Shown here: positions 10,193 to 19,604 of the stretch, piece by piece | Numbering within the stretch: the first letter of the stretch is position 1 | How the letters are laid out: every line of letters starts with the position of its first letter | From: an uncultured archaeon | GTDB taxonomy: Archaea > Asgardarchaeota > Thorarchaeia > Thorarchaeales > Thorarchaeaceae | Length of the DNA stretch: 32,000 bases | Direction of reading: 5' to 3' | Assembly: GCA_964648855.1 (NCBI GenBank) | Contig: CAZYLT010000001.1 | Location: 210,001 to 242,000 of the forward strand | Made by a program: the position numbers and the translations under genes | The notes under the pieces: generated by a model | The model's input: only the letters and a program-made list of their open reading frames with translations | Database searches by the model: none | What the model was told of the DNA's origin: nothing

Positions 10193-10232
10193 AAATTCGT
10201 GGTGTGTTCCCGCAGTTATTCTCCTGGCAACC

Positions 10233-11192
10233 TCAGTGTGAGAGTTTTGGACGTACCTCTTCCGCAAAACGTTCGATCATCTCAAGTTCTCGACCATATG
10301 GGAATAGGAGTTGAAAATGAGAGAAGCCTCTATCAATGAGATACTGGTACTGCTTTGTTATTTCCTCAGGTGAGCCAGCCCACGCACCAGGCAGCTTGGA
10401 TTGTTTCTCCAGATATCCATCGATGGATAGGTCTTGCTCCTGAGCTCGTCGCTGATTGAATTCTTTGATTTCCTGAGCATTCTCTGAGAGTAGGCAATAT
10501 CCCAAGTACGTCTTTGTAATTGAATCATAGTCACGTCCGATATCTTCGCAATGGTCTCTTAGTGCATTCAATAGTCGATCTATTCGTTCTGCAGCCCACG
10601 GAGAAAAGTTGCTCATATCACCATATTTGGCGACAAGACGTAATGTGCGTTTCTCACCATGCCCACCGATGAGAATAGGAGGATATGGTTTCTGCATAGG
10701 TTTGGGCGCAAAGGGTGCGCTTCTTAGCTGATAGTATTCGCCATCAAACGTTGCACGATCACTAGTAAATAGCTGAATAATGGCTCGCAGTGATTCTTCT
10801 AATCGATCCATCCTTTCTCCTACCGGAGGAAAAGGAAAGCCATATGCCTCATATTCCACTTTTTTCCACCCAGCTCCAATACCCAAAATCAGTCGCCCGT
10901 CGGAAATCATATCCACGGTCGCTGCGATCTTAGCTAGCAATGCTGGATGCCTATATGAATTACAGCTGACTAAGACTCCAAGCTTTGGTTTTGCCGTCTT
11001 TGTGGCAAGGGCAGTGAGAAGGGTCCAAGCCTCAAGACTATTTCGAGTTACTGCATCACGACCTTTGAAGAAATGGTCACAAGTCCAGAGCGAATCATAT
11101 CCCAACTCTTCAGCATTCAGTGCTATTTTTTCAATTGTTTTGTAATCAAATCCAAATAATGGCTCGAAGTGAACTCCAAATTTGACAGGCAT
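10233..11192 (-). CDS. Luciferase-like (LLM) oxidoreductase, probably F420-dependent
   Basis: AEELGYDSLWTCDHF, LEAWTLLTALA, YRHPALLAKIAATVDMISDGRLILGIGAGW, PKPMQKPYPPILIGGHGEKRTL. Confidence 0.9.
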   Translation of the reverse strand: MPVKFGVHFEPLFGFDYKTIEKIALNAEELGYDSLWTCDHFFKGRDAVTRNSLEAWTLLTALATKTAKPKLGVLVSCNSYRHPALLAKIAATVDMISDGRLILGIGAGWKKVEYEAYGFPFPPVGERMDRLEESLRAIIQLFTSDRATFDGEYYQLRSAPFAPKPMQKPYPPILIGGHGEKRTLRLVAKYGDMSNFSPWAAERIDRLLNALRDHCEDIGRDYDSITKTYLGYCLLSENAQEIKEFNQRRAQEQDLSIDGYLEKQSKLPGAWAGSPEEITKQYQYLIDRGFSHFQLLFPYGRELEMIERFAEEVRPKLSH

Positions 11193-11295
11193 AGTACTCA
11201 ACCTGGTTGTCAGTAGAATAAGGGCGTTATAATCTGTTCTGATTGGAACTCAAGGTCTTATGGTACGAGATGGAATAGAGAGCATCCGGAATCCT

Positions 11296-12159
11296 TTATT
11301 CTTGTTGCTTAACACGCTTCTTTGCGACAAACTCCGCTTCTATACGGCGATACCCATGGGCGTATAGGAAATCAAGTATGGTTTCATTGTTATCTTGTAT
11401 CCAAAAGACTGCAGAACGTGTTTGAATTGTTTCTAGAATAGACTGGATTACTTCAGTCCCGTATCCTCGCCTGTAACTGAATGAAATTGTAGTAGAATCT
11501 TTGAAATCTGAAGTGGGATAGACCTGCGCGAATCCAACTAGCACATTGCTTTCTGGCAAGCTAAGCACATGGCAGTTGCCACCACGAATGGTATATTCCC
11601 AAGTTTGGTCAGAGCGATTTCCCCAATATGTATCTGGCGTGAGGTGAGTTATGAGCGGTATGTGATCAAGCCGAGCAATGCCATATTCTAGACCGGAATC
11701 CGCGTGCGTAATATTCGACGGCCCTTTCAATCTAAGGACTAAGGAATGAATGCCATATCCTAGATTCTCAACAAACTCAAGAGCGTCTGTGCTATGGGTC
11801 TTGAGAGCAATCGCAAAATGACTGAGTGCAGTACTCACATCGAGAAATGCCTTTTCAGACTCTTCCACTAAGAGTCGACCTATTCCTTTGTCGCGGCAAT
11901 CAGGGAATACTGCCAATTCCTGAATGACACCCCAACCAAGGTTTGCCAAGTGCAGATTGATTGCAACACCCACTATCTTTTCATCGGACAGCGCTACCTT
12001 CCAAAGCTTCTTCCGCGTCCCGTTAACGGTACAACGATTCCATCTCCTTGAGAATGCGTCAAAAGACATCTTATCGACATCGGGAACTCCGCTCTGAAGT
12101 ACGGTATAGAATTCTTGTTTCTCATCTTCTTTGGGGGGTCGAACGACAATATCTGACAT
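11296..12159 (-). CDS. GNAT N-acetyltransferase (tandem domains, second degenerate)
   Basis: ELAVFPDCRDKGIGRLLV (motif A), FVENLGY; second YRRGYGTEVI...FLYAHGY. Confidence 0.8.
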   Translation of the reverse strand: MSDIVVRPPKEDEKQEFYTVLQSGVPDVDKMSFDAFSRRWNRCTVNGTRKKLWKVALSDEKIVGVAINLHLANLGWGVIQELAVFPDCRDKGIGRLLVEESEKAFLDVSTALSHFAIALKTHSTDALEFVENLGYGIHSLVLRLKGPSNITHADSGLEYGIARLDHIPLITHLTPDTYWGNRSDQTWEYTIRGGNCHVLSLPESNVLVGFAQVYPTSDFKDSTTISFSYRRGYGTEVIQSILETIQTRSAVFWIQDNNETILDFLYAHGYRRIEAEFVAKKRVKQQE

Positions 12160-12313
12160 GACAATCAATCCGTGTTGGGTATGTCTTTATTCCATATCTA
12201 TTGGAATTAAGAATATGGACATGTGCATCTACGAAGGCGAAAGCCAACAAGATAAGTATTGGTGGAATCAATTACTTTTGAATGCAATCATGTTTCGGAA
12301 GAAATAGGTTAGG

Positions 12314-12333
12314 GGCCCCGCCTAGGCAGGGCC
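12314..12333 (-). terminator. GC-rich hairpin just downstream of the Fe-S gene
   Basis: Minus-strand GGCCCUGC-CUAG-GCGGGGCC: 8 bp including one G-U pair that only forms on the sense strand; about 10 nt after the stop. Confidence 0.5.
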
Positions 12334-12342
12334 GAATATCAT

Positions 12343-13662
12343 TTACTCAATCAACTGGTCCAAGAGCTCTAGCAGTTCCACAATCTTCAATTTGGAACCA
12401 ACTCCTGATAGGTCTTTGCCAGTTTCTTCCTCTTCCTTCTTCAGGGCTTTTATCCCATCTTGAAAGTTGGTTATACAGAAGGGACATGAAGTCATGAGGA
12501 CATCAGCACCGGTCGATGCCGCCTCCTTCAATCGTTCCTTGGATGTGGCGAGTGCCATATCTGGAAATTGAGCTTTCACACCGCCTCCAGCACCACAACA
12601 GAAGCTATCGCCCTTGATTCGATACATCTCATGGAGCTCAAGACCCGGGATGTTGTTGAGGACTATTCGCGGGATTTCGTAATGGGCTTCTTTCGCCTTC
12701 TCTGCCCTCCGGCTGTCAATAAGCCAGTTGTCTGATTCGTCTAAGATGCGCTTCTCGATATCAAGACCAACATGTCTGACGCTATGACAAGGGTCATGCC
12801 ATGTGACCTTCTCGTTGTAGTCTTTCTTAATGTCAAGCTTGCCTTCTTGAATGAGATCATAGACATATTCTACAGCATGGCGGACCTTGAAGGGCAATTC
12901 CTTTCCGCTGTGTTTAGGATAGTCGTTTCTGAACGTCTTGTAGCATCCAGCACAGGAGAACAACAAGAGGTCATAGTCCTTGAACAACTCAAGGTTTGCA
13001 TTCATGACATCGCGAAAGATATCGCGTTGACCAGTTCGTAGGATTGGAGAGCCACAACAGACCTCATCGCTTACAACAGTGAAGTCCACGCCAAGCTTCC
13101 TCAGAATGCTTGCAGTATGGTCAGCAACATGTTGCTGCCTGTATGCGGCAGTACATCCAACATAGTAAGCAATCTTAACATCTTCCTTGTCCACCACATC
13201 GGTATTTTCGCCTAACCATTTGGTTCGTTCAGCGCGAGCCTCGTTGTACGGATTTCTCATATCTTCAGCATCAACCCGTTCGCCAAAGATTCTGTGCTTC
13301 TTGAGCGGTTCCACACCTGCCTCAATCACAGCAGCCCGCAGCGATTCAGTCACATCAACCGTATCGATGTAATTTGGACATTGGGTTTGGCAAAGGCCGC
13401 AAGTGGTACAGGCCTCAATGATTTCCAACATCTCTTGGCTCGGTTCAAGCTCCCCATTCAGGAATGCCCGTGCTATCCACTGCTTTCCAGAATTGAAGTA
13501 ACCTTCCCAGCCGTAGTAGATGCCAGCTGGACACCCTTGCAACATTCCGGTGTATTCTTCAGTTTCACCTTCTTTGTCAGGTTCACCTGAATAGGCATAC
13601 TGGCAGGCTCGACAGTGAATACAGCGAGCATTGATTCTTCTGAGCTCTTCAAGAGTTACCAT
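12343..13662 (-). CDS. HdrD/GlcF-like Fe-S oxidoreductase (2x[4Fe-4S] plus two CCG domains)
   Basis: CIHCRAC...GCP, CTTCGLCQTQCP, YYVGC, EVCCGSP, CAGCY, WHDPCH, FCCGAGGG, TSCPFC. Confidence 0.92.
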   Translation of the reverse strand: MVTLEELRRINARCIHCRACQYAYSGEPDKEGETEEYTGMLQGCPAGIYYGWEGYFNSGKQWIARAFLNGELEPSQEMLEIIEACTTCGLCQTQCPNYIDTVDVTESLRAAVIEAGVEPLKKHRIFGERVDAEDMRNPYNEARAERTKWLGENTDVVDKEDVKIAYYVGCTAAYRQQHVADHTASILRKLGVDFTVVSDEVCCGSPILRTGQRDIFRDVMNANLELFKDYDLLLFSCAGCYKTFRNDYPKHSGKELPFKVRHAVEYVYDLIQEGKLDIKKDYNEKVTWHDPCHSVRHVGLDIEKRILDESDNWLIDSRRAEKAKEAHYEIPRIVLNNIPGLELHEMYRIKGDSFCCGAGGGVKAQFPDMALATSKERLKEAASTGADVLMTSCPFCITNFQDGIKALKKEEEETGKDLSGVGSKLKIVELLELLDQLIE

Positions 13663-13663
13663 A

Positions 13664-13726
13664 TCAATCCTTCCTCCTGTAAATCATGTATCTTTTAATG
13701 TTACGCTCTGAAACTTTCTTCTCCAT
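13664..13726 (-). CDS. Putative 20-aa micro-ORF MEKKVSERNIKRYMIYRRKD
   Basis: AGGAGGT RBS overlapping the upstream TAG, ATG 7 nt later, TGA ending 1 nt before the Fe-S gene ATG; fills the intergenic gap exactly. Confidence 0.5.
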   Translation of the reverse strand: MEKKVSERNIKRYMIYRRKD

Positions 13727-13738
13727 AATGGTTACCTC

Positions 13739-15268
13739 CTATGCATCCTCCTCGTAGGGATATGGCAGGTCTGTAACCGATTTCCAGGGGATAGCAAGTC
13801 GACCTGGATGCAGAATCAGGTTTGGATCAAGAGTTTTCCTGAATTTGACTAACATCTCGTAGTACCCCGGGGTCCTGCTGAAGGTTTCCGGTGCATGCAC
13901 AAATGGATCCGGTCTGTAATTGAGCCAACCCTTCTTCAAGAAAGACTTGGTAGTTTCCAGATTGAATTCCCGAATCTTGTCGTAGATACCCTCCTCTGTC
14001 GTGTCGAAGCAGAGAATTGGCATGACGATGGCCTGTCGAGCATGGTCGATTGACGCAACCCACATTGTTGGTGGAAAGCCATATTCCTCCATCTTGGCAC
14101 AGTATTCCTCCATCATTGCAGGACTCTCTAACCATGGGACATACCACGTGATGAAGAGGAAGCCTGCCTCCCAGAGAGAATAGGGAATAGCGATTTTGTT
14201 TGGCTTCTTCAATCGAGACGCGATCTGCTTTGGATGCAAGTCCCATTGTGGACAATTCGTGTTGGCTTTCTTCTCGTATGATTTGTATATCTCATCGATA
14301 CGATTGAGCGTGAAGTCCAACTCCTCTTGACTCCATGCCCAGACCTCATAGTTCATCCAGTATTCACCAATTCCAATCTTCTTGTAGAACTCGTAGTCCG
14401 TTGGAACATTGGACTTTGGCCAGCGGGTCATGACCAGTGGCCAATTACCACCTTGAACCATGACGGTTCGCTCTGAGATCCCCATTTCGTGTTTGGATAT
14501 CTCCCAAGCAGGTTTTACAATATCTTCCCAATTCTGACCGCCATAGGCAACAACGGTCTTGAAGTGGGGGTGAGGTACCATTTTGATTGCTGCCTTAGTG
14601 ATGATTCCCATTGATCCTTGCGATCCAAGAAAGAGACCATCCGGGTTTGGTCCGGGCCCCCATCTATAGTAAGGGGGAGCTCCCTCAAGAGCCCAAGAGC
14701 CGGTACGAAACATCTTACCAGAGGGCAGTACTACTTCAAGCCCCATTATCATGTCTGCCTGTGGTCCGTAGACACCGGTCACGAGTGAGAAACCGCGTTC
14801 GATGGCATCTCCCAGCACTGTTGCCGCAGGAGGAGCACCGTCAGGAATCGGGGGTGCCCACTCTGGGTACTTCGTCTTGAATATTCTCCACGCATCACCG
14901 GATTTCACACCGGGCTCTACAATCATGACACGGTTCTCAGTATCGACTTCCATCTTGTCCATACGAGTCATGTCCATGTAGATTCCGCCGGGCTCGATTG
15001 CTGGTAGCGCAAAGCCACCGCTGAGCCCTCCAGCTGCCGGGGTGACGGGAGTGAGATTCTCATTGGCCACCACTAAGATCTCTGATACTTCTCGCGCATT
15101 AGCGGGACGTATAATGACCTCGGGTAGCACAGCCTCAAGACCCATGATGCCCTTCGCCATGTAGCTGTGACGAAGTGGTTCGCTCGTGGTGACGTACTTT
15201 TCACCGCAGATATTTATGAGCTTCTTAACCACATCATCAGTTACTTTGTTGTATTCTTGTCCTGACAT
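13739..15268 (-). CDS. FAD-linked oxidoreductase, VAO/PCMH (GlcD-like) family
   Basis: PEVIIRPANAREV, DMTRMD, VEPGV, ATVLGDAIERG, GLEVVLPSG, GPNPDGLFLGSQGSMGIITK, LDPNLILHPG. Confidence 0.9.
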   Translation of the reverse strand: MSGQEYNKVTDDVVKKLINICGEKYVTTSEPLRHSYMAKGIMGLEAVLPEVIIRPANAREVSEILVVANENLTPVTPAAGGLSGGFALPAIEPGGIYMDMTRMDKMEVDTENRVMIVEPGVKSGDAWRIFKTKYPEWAPPIPDGAPPAATVLGDAIERGFSLVTGVYGPQADMIMGLEVVLPSGKMFRTGSWALEGAPPYYRWGPGPNPDGLFLGSQGSMGIITKAAIKMVPHPHFKTVVAYGGQNWEDIVKPAWEISKHEMGISERTVMVQGGNWPLVMTRWPKSNVPTDYEFYKKIGIGEYWMNYEVWAWSQEELDFTLNRIDEIYKSYEKKANTNCPQWDLHPKQIASRLKKPNKIAIPYSLWEAGFLFITWYVPWLESPAMMEEYCAKMEEYGFPPTMWVASIDHARQAIVMPILCFDTTEEGIYDKIREFNLETTKSFLKKGWLNYRPDPFVHAPETFSRTPGYYEMLVKFRKTLDPNLILHPGRLAIPWKSVTDLPYPYEEDA

Positions 15269-15277
15269 ATGGATGCC

Positions 15278-15304
15278 TCATCCTAGCATTGTCGTTTCTG
15301 ACAT
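15278..15304 (-). other. Candidate 8-aa upstream ORF MSETTMLG, in frame with the flavoprotein gene
   Basis: ATG TCA GAA ACG ACA ATG CTA GGA TGA GGC ATC CAT ATG TCA; GAGG upstream; TTTATTAG 22-29 nt upstream of the ATG. Confidence 0.3.
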
Positions 15305-15571
15305 GTCCGCCTCACTAAGAACCCTCTAATAAACTTGACAGCGTGTTCACTGCCCATCTATGACCCATCTTATAAAGAAGAGTCCAGACAATTGTGTTTG
15401 TGATGTCTTGATAGAATAGTCATTTTCTGAACGATTATCGGTTATGAGAGCAAGATGTGCACAGAATATGATCTAGAATTCGTAGGCTATATCTTGATTA
15501 GTTCACGAAGTTCGCCAATCATTATTGGGGTGGAATCGGTTTGCCACAAGAAATCCCGATGAGTCGACTCA

Positions 15572-17290
15572 CTAGAAAATAATGGGCTCATCCCATTCTC
15601 CGAAGACATCTCGCCAGACATCGCAGATTTCGCCTACACTCGCATAGGCTCGGACAGCCTTTACAACATGGGGCATGATATTCTCATCTCCCTCCGATGC
15701 TTTTCGTAAGCCGTCAAGTGCATCTTGCACTTCATTGTTGTCCCGCTGTTTTCTAATGCGTTCTAATCGCTCGACCTGTTTTTTCTCTACATCAGGGTCA
15801 ATTTTAAGCACAGGGATGGTGATTTCCTCGCCCTCGAGTACATATTCGTTAACTCCTACGATGATTCTGTCATCATTCTCGACTTCTTTTTGATATCGGA
15901 AGGAAGCATTAGCTATCTCTCGTTGGAAGAATCCTTTCTCTATTGCGGGGATTACGCCACCCAGAGCCTCAACCTTGTCGAAGTAGTTGTAAGCTTCTTC
16001 CTCTAGCTCATTAGTAAGTGATTCAACAAAATAGGAACCTGCCAAGGGGTCGATAGTATTGGCAACTCCACTCTCATGGGCTAGAACCTGCTGCGTTCTC
16101 AAAGCAACTCGAACAGCATCCTCGGTTGGTAAACAGAGAGCCTCGTCCATGCTATTTGTGTGAAGAGATTGCGTTCCTCCGAGAACAGCTGCAAGTGCTT
16201 GATATGCAGTTCTCACAATATTGACTTGGGGTTGCTGTGCAGTCAACGAGCAACCTGCTGTCTGGGTATGAAATCTCATCCACATAGAGCGCGGTTTCTT
16301 TGCGCCATATTTCTCTTTCATTACACGCCCCCAAATTCTCCGAGCGGCACGATACTTGGCTACCTCCTCGAATATGTCGTTGTGAGCGTTGAAGAAGAAT
16401 GAGAGCCTCGGAGCAAATGCGTCCACATCTAGACCACGTTCCTTTCCTGCCTCGACATATGCCATGCCATTGATGAGAGTGAATGCAAGTTCCTGAGCAG
16501 CTGTGGATCCTGCTTCTCGAATGTGATAACCAGAGATTGAGATTGTATTCCATCGCGGAATATGCTCAGTTGCGTATTCAATAATGTCAGTGATAATTCG
16601 CATGGAAGGTCCAGGTGCATATATCCAAGATTTTTGAGCCATGTATTCTTTGAGCAGGTCATTTTGTATTGTGCCACCGATTTGATGGGATGCAACACCC
16701 TGCTTTTCGGCTGCAACCATATACATGGCTAGTAATATTGATGCGGGGGCGTTAATAGTCATAGAAGTAGTAACTTCATCCAAAGGAATTCCATCAAAGA
16801 GAATTTCCATATCCTTCAGCGTATCAACAGCCACACCCAGTTTTCCAACCTCCCCTAGAGAGAACGGGTGGTCTGAGTCACGCCCAAAGATGGTTGGCAA
16901 ATGAAATGCTACACTCAGCCCGGTTTGCCCATTTTCGAGGAGATACTTGTAGCGCTGATTTGATTCCTCAGCTGTCCCCATGCCAGCAAATTGACGCATG
17001 GTCCATATTCGTCCTCTGTACATTGTGGGCTGGACGCCCCGCGTGAACGGAAATTGACTTGGAAAGCCTAAGTCACGCATGTAATCTAGGTCCGCAATAT
17101 CCGCGGGAGTATACAAACGGCAAATCGGCTTGCCAGATGTTGTGACAAACTCCTCCCTACGCTCAGGGTATTTTTTCATTTTAGGCCCAAGAGTTTCCTT
17201 TTCCCATTTCTCTTTCGCTTTCTGAATCTCATCAATCGTAGAGTTGGGGTCTTCAGAATCCTTGCTCTTGTCCGCTTTTTCAACGACCAT
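15572..17290 (-). CDS. Acyl-CoA mutase large subunit, isobutyryl-CoA mutase (IcmA)-type
   Basis: Same fold motifs as 16..1695 but [12 protein letters not shown] (Phe at 16988-16990) and [11 protein letters not shown] (Gln at 16634-16636). ATG 17290 has an AAGGAG RBS and is preferred to TTG 17356. Confidence 0.88.
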   Translation of the reverse strand: MVVEKADKSKDSEDPNSTIDEIQKAKEKWEKETLGPKMKKYPERREEFVTTSGKPICRLYTPADIADLDYMRDLGFPSQFPFTRGVQPTMYRGRIWTMRQFAGMGTAEESNQRYKYLLENGQTGLSVAFHLPTIFGRDSDHPFSLGEVGKLGVAVDTLKDMEILFDGIPLDEVTTSMTINAPASILLAMYMVAAEKQGVASHQIGGTIQNDLLKEYMAQKSWIYAPGPSMRIITDIIEYATEHIPRWNTISISGYHIREAGSTAAQELAFTLINGMAYVEAGKERGLDVDAFAPRLSFFFNAHNDIFEEVAKYRAARRIWGRVMKEKYGAKKPRSMWMRFHTQTAGCSLTAQQPQVNIVRTAYQALAAVLGGTQSLHTNSMDEALCLPTEDAVRVALRTQQVLAHESGVANTIDPLAGSYFVESLTNELEEEAYNYFDKVEALGGVIPAIEKGFFQREIANASFRYQKEVENDDRIIVGVNEYVLEGEEITIPVLKIDPDVEKKQVERLERIRKQRDNNEVQDALDGLRKASEGDENIMPHVVKAVRAYASVGEICDVWRDVFGEWDEPIIF

Positions 17291-17388
17291 GGCGCTACTC
17301 TCCTTGCTGGACTTGGTTTCATCCTCAAGTCTAGTAATATTAAGTGTTCGATTCAATTAACCGGGTTGCACACTTGCCCAATATGAAG

Positions 17389-17952
17389 CTAGTATTCGAA
17401 GCCTTTTCGCGCCTTCAACTTCTTCTCTACATAATAATGCTTCACTTCAGTCATTTCTGTCACAAGGTCAGCAGCCTCTATGACCTCTTTTGCGGCATAT
17501 CTTCCGGTCATGATGATCTCCATATTATTGGGCTTCATGTTGATCAATTCCAGCTGCTGTTCAAGGCCGATTAGACTCCATTCAACAGCAACATTGATTT
17601 CATCTAGAATGAGAACATCACAGGCATTTTCCTTTATGGCATCAATGGCCATCTCAAGACCATTCTGTGCCATTTCGATATCAACTGGATCCGGGTTTTC
17701 TTTGTCAACCCAAGATTGTCTTCCCACAGGTATAATCTCAAAATTGGGGATTCTTCCGATTGAACGAAACTCTCCATAGTTCACATCTGAGCCATCCCCT
17801 CTCCATGCTACTTTGGCCTTCATGAAGCAGATCATTAGCACACGTAATCCGTGACCAGCAGCTCGGATGCCCGCCCCTAGAGCACAAGTCGTCTTTCCCT
17901 TGCCTTCTCCCGTGTAGACCTGTACTTGTCCTTGAATTGAGGTTTCACCCAT
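17389..17952 (-). CDS. cobO: ATP:cob(I)alamin adenosyltransferase (CobO/BtuR/CobA type)
   Basis: QVYTGEGKGKTTCALG, ICFMK, DVLILDEIN, EIIMTGR, ADLVTEMTEVKHYY, ARKGFEY. Confidence 0.93.
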   Translation of the reverse strand: MGETSIQGQVQVYTGEGKGKTTCALGAGIRAAGHGLRVLMICFMKAKVAWRGDGSDVNYGEFRSIGRIPNFEIIPVGRQSWVDKENPDPVDIEMAQNGLEMAIDAIKENACDVLILDEINVAVEWSLIGLEQQLELINMKPNNMEIIMTGRYAAKEVIEAADLVTEMTEVKHYYVEKKLKARKGFEY

Positions 17953-17965
17953 TGAGTAACACCAA

Positions 17966-18592
17966 TCATCTCATTTTGATAAGCAGTTCCGCCATTCTTT
18001 TTCCAAGAATCTCACTACCCTCGATAGCTAAATCATCGGATTTTGCAGACCGCCATCCACCTTCATCTGTCTGCATGCTCCCGGAGCCGAATGTACCATG
18101 TTTGATGGGACTGCCAAGTGCACCAATGACAATCATGCCCTGTCCTAATGCATAACGATTCAACATATCAACAACGTGCTCTTGCCCACCATATCGTAGC
18201 CCAGCATAGGTGATAGCTCCAAACAATTTGTTCCTAAGCTGGTGGTTTGCCATTTTCAGCGTCCGAGACCTATCGATGAAGTCCTTGATGACTCCGGGAA
18301 CCGAAGTGAAATATGAGGGTGCTGCAACGATGATTCCGTCAGCCTTTAGCAGCATTTCTTCAATTTTAGGCATATCATCCTCTTCACTCTCAGGACATGG
18401 CTTCTGCCGAACACAGGCATCACATCCTGTGCATTGATGAATATTATAGTCTGCAATGTTTAGTAGTATCGCTTCTGCGTCAACTCCATTAGTTTCAAAC
18501 TGCGAACTAGCAGCATCTAGAGCCTTCTCTAAGAGGTATCTAGTATTCGATTTCTCATTCTTGGGCGATCCGCATATTCCAACAATTAGCAA
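17966..18592 (-). CDS. Iron-sulfur flavoprotein (Isf)/multimeric flavodoxin WrbA family
   Basis: GICGSPK...SNT, CTGCDACVRQKPC (Cx2Cx2Cx5C), ADGIIVAAPSY, KDFIDR, GGQE. Start approximate (TTG 18592 after GGAGTGA). Confidence 0.88.
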   Translation of the reverse strand: MLIVGICGSPKNEKSNTRYLLEKALDAASSQFETNGVDAEAILLNIADYNIHQCTGCDACVRQKPCPESEEDDMPKIEEMLLKADGIIVAAPSYFTSVPGVIKDFIDRSRTLKMANHQLRNKLFGAITYAGLRYGGQEHVVDMLNRYALGQGMIVIGALGSPIKHGTFGSGSMQTDEGGWRSAKSDDLAIEGSEILGKRMAELLIKMR

Positions 18593-18714
18593 CTCAATCA
18601 CTCCGTCTAACAACATCTCTTTCTCGTCCACTTGCTGCTATTTTGTCTTTCGTCTGATTATTTCAGATTGCAATATCAATGAATTAGTAACACAAGCATG
18701 CGACATGTAGCAAT

Positions 18715-19479
18715 TCAATTGCGGCTTGAGGGCTCAGAACTGGATAGAAGGCGGGAACGTATGTCTTCAGCAACATCATCTACTGCCTTTACAGCTGCCA
18801 TCCTGCTCGAATCCTCGTATCCTGCCGCAACCACCGAATACAAACCTATCCGAGAAACTTGAACAGTATAGCCTTTCACATCAATACTAATAGGAACCAA
18901 ATCTGAAGAAAGCTTCATCATCTGACGAGTGAGATTATCCCTAATTTCTTCCAAATGACCATCAGGAATATTTCCACTCAACATTTCCCCGTTTTGGTCA
19001 AGTATCCCAATATACGCAAGCTCATATGCCTCAAGCGCTTGGTCTAGCTTCCGGTCAAGCCCGGACCCGATTTCATCAATGGAATGGCCATAATCAGTCA
19101 AGACATACTTGGCGACAAGATCATGCATCTCGTAGATTTCTCCCATGTTTCCACTCCAGGAAGATATCACATCGCCAAATACACGGGCAATGTTTCGTCC
19201 CAAGGCGAGCATTATCCGGCCCAATGATTTCTTATCCTCATCCTCAGTTGCTGACACGACAACCACAAAGGAATCAAAGAACGCATATGCCCAAACAATG
19301 TTAGCATGCCTCAAGATATATGGGATTCCGAGCTGCGTAGACTCACCAGCATGCAGGAGGCTTACACACGCCTTCACGAATGAAGGCACCGATTCATTGT
19401 CTATACGGCGTCCGTTGTGATAGCTAGCATTATAGAGAATATCGCCATCACCTTTGAGGATATGAACGCCAAGGATCAA
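18715..19479 (-). CDS. Predicted longin-domain plus roadblock/profilin-like domain protein
   Basis: N-half reads as bb-a-bbb-aa (ILGVHILKGDGDILY...FVVVVSATEDEDKK...VFGDVISSWSGN); C-half as a-bb-a-bbb-a (LAYIGILDQNGEML...YSVVAAG...AVDDVAEDI). Pattern recognition only. Confidence 0.65.
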   Translation of the reverse strand: MILGVHILKGDGDILYNASYHNGRRIDNESVPSFVKACVSLLHAGESTQLGIPYILRHANIVWAYAFFDSFVVVVSATEDEDKKSLGRIMLALGRNIARVFGDVISSWSGNMGEIYEMHDLVAKYVLTDYGHSIDEIGSGLDRKLDQALEAYELAYIGILDQNGEMLSGNIPDGHLEEIRDNLTRQMMKLSSDLVPISIDVKGYTVQVSRIGLYSVVAAGYEDSSRMAAVKAVDDVAEDIRSRLLSSSEPSSRN

Positions 19480-19604
19480 AAATCTCTACCTTTAGCTGGT
19501 AAATAATCAGGATATCATAAACGTTGTTCGTTGATAGCCATCTAAGGCGCAATTCACTGCTTTTTTATGTGGATTCACAACTTATTGAAAGTGGTTGCTC
19601 CTCA

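Noticed and set aside
15278-15280. In-frame TGA as selenocysteine
   Set aside because: No Cys-equivalent position expected in this N-terminal extension, and no convincing SECIS seen downstream.
16-17356. The two mutase genes as a recent duplication or assembly repeat
   Set aside because: They are clearly diverged in protein sequence and differ at the specificity residues.
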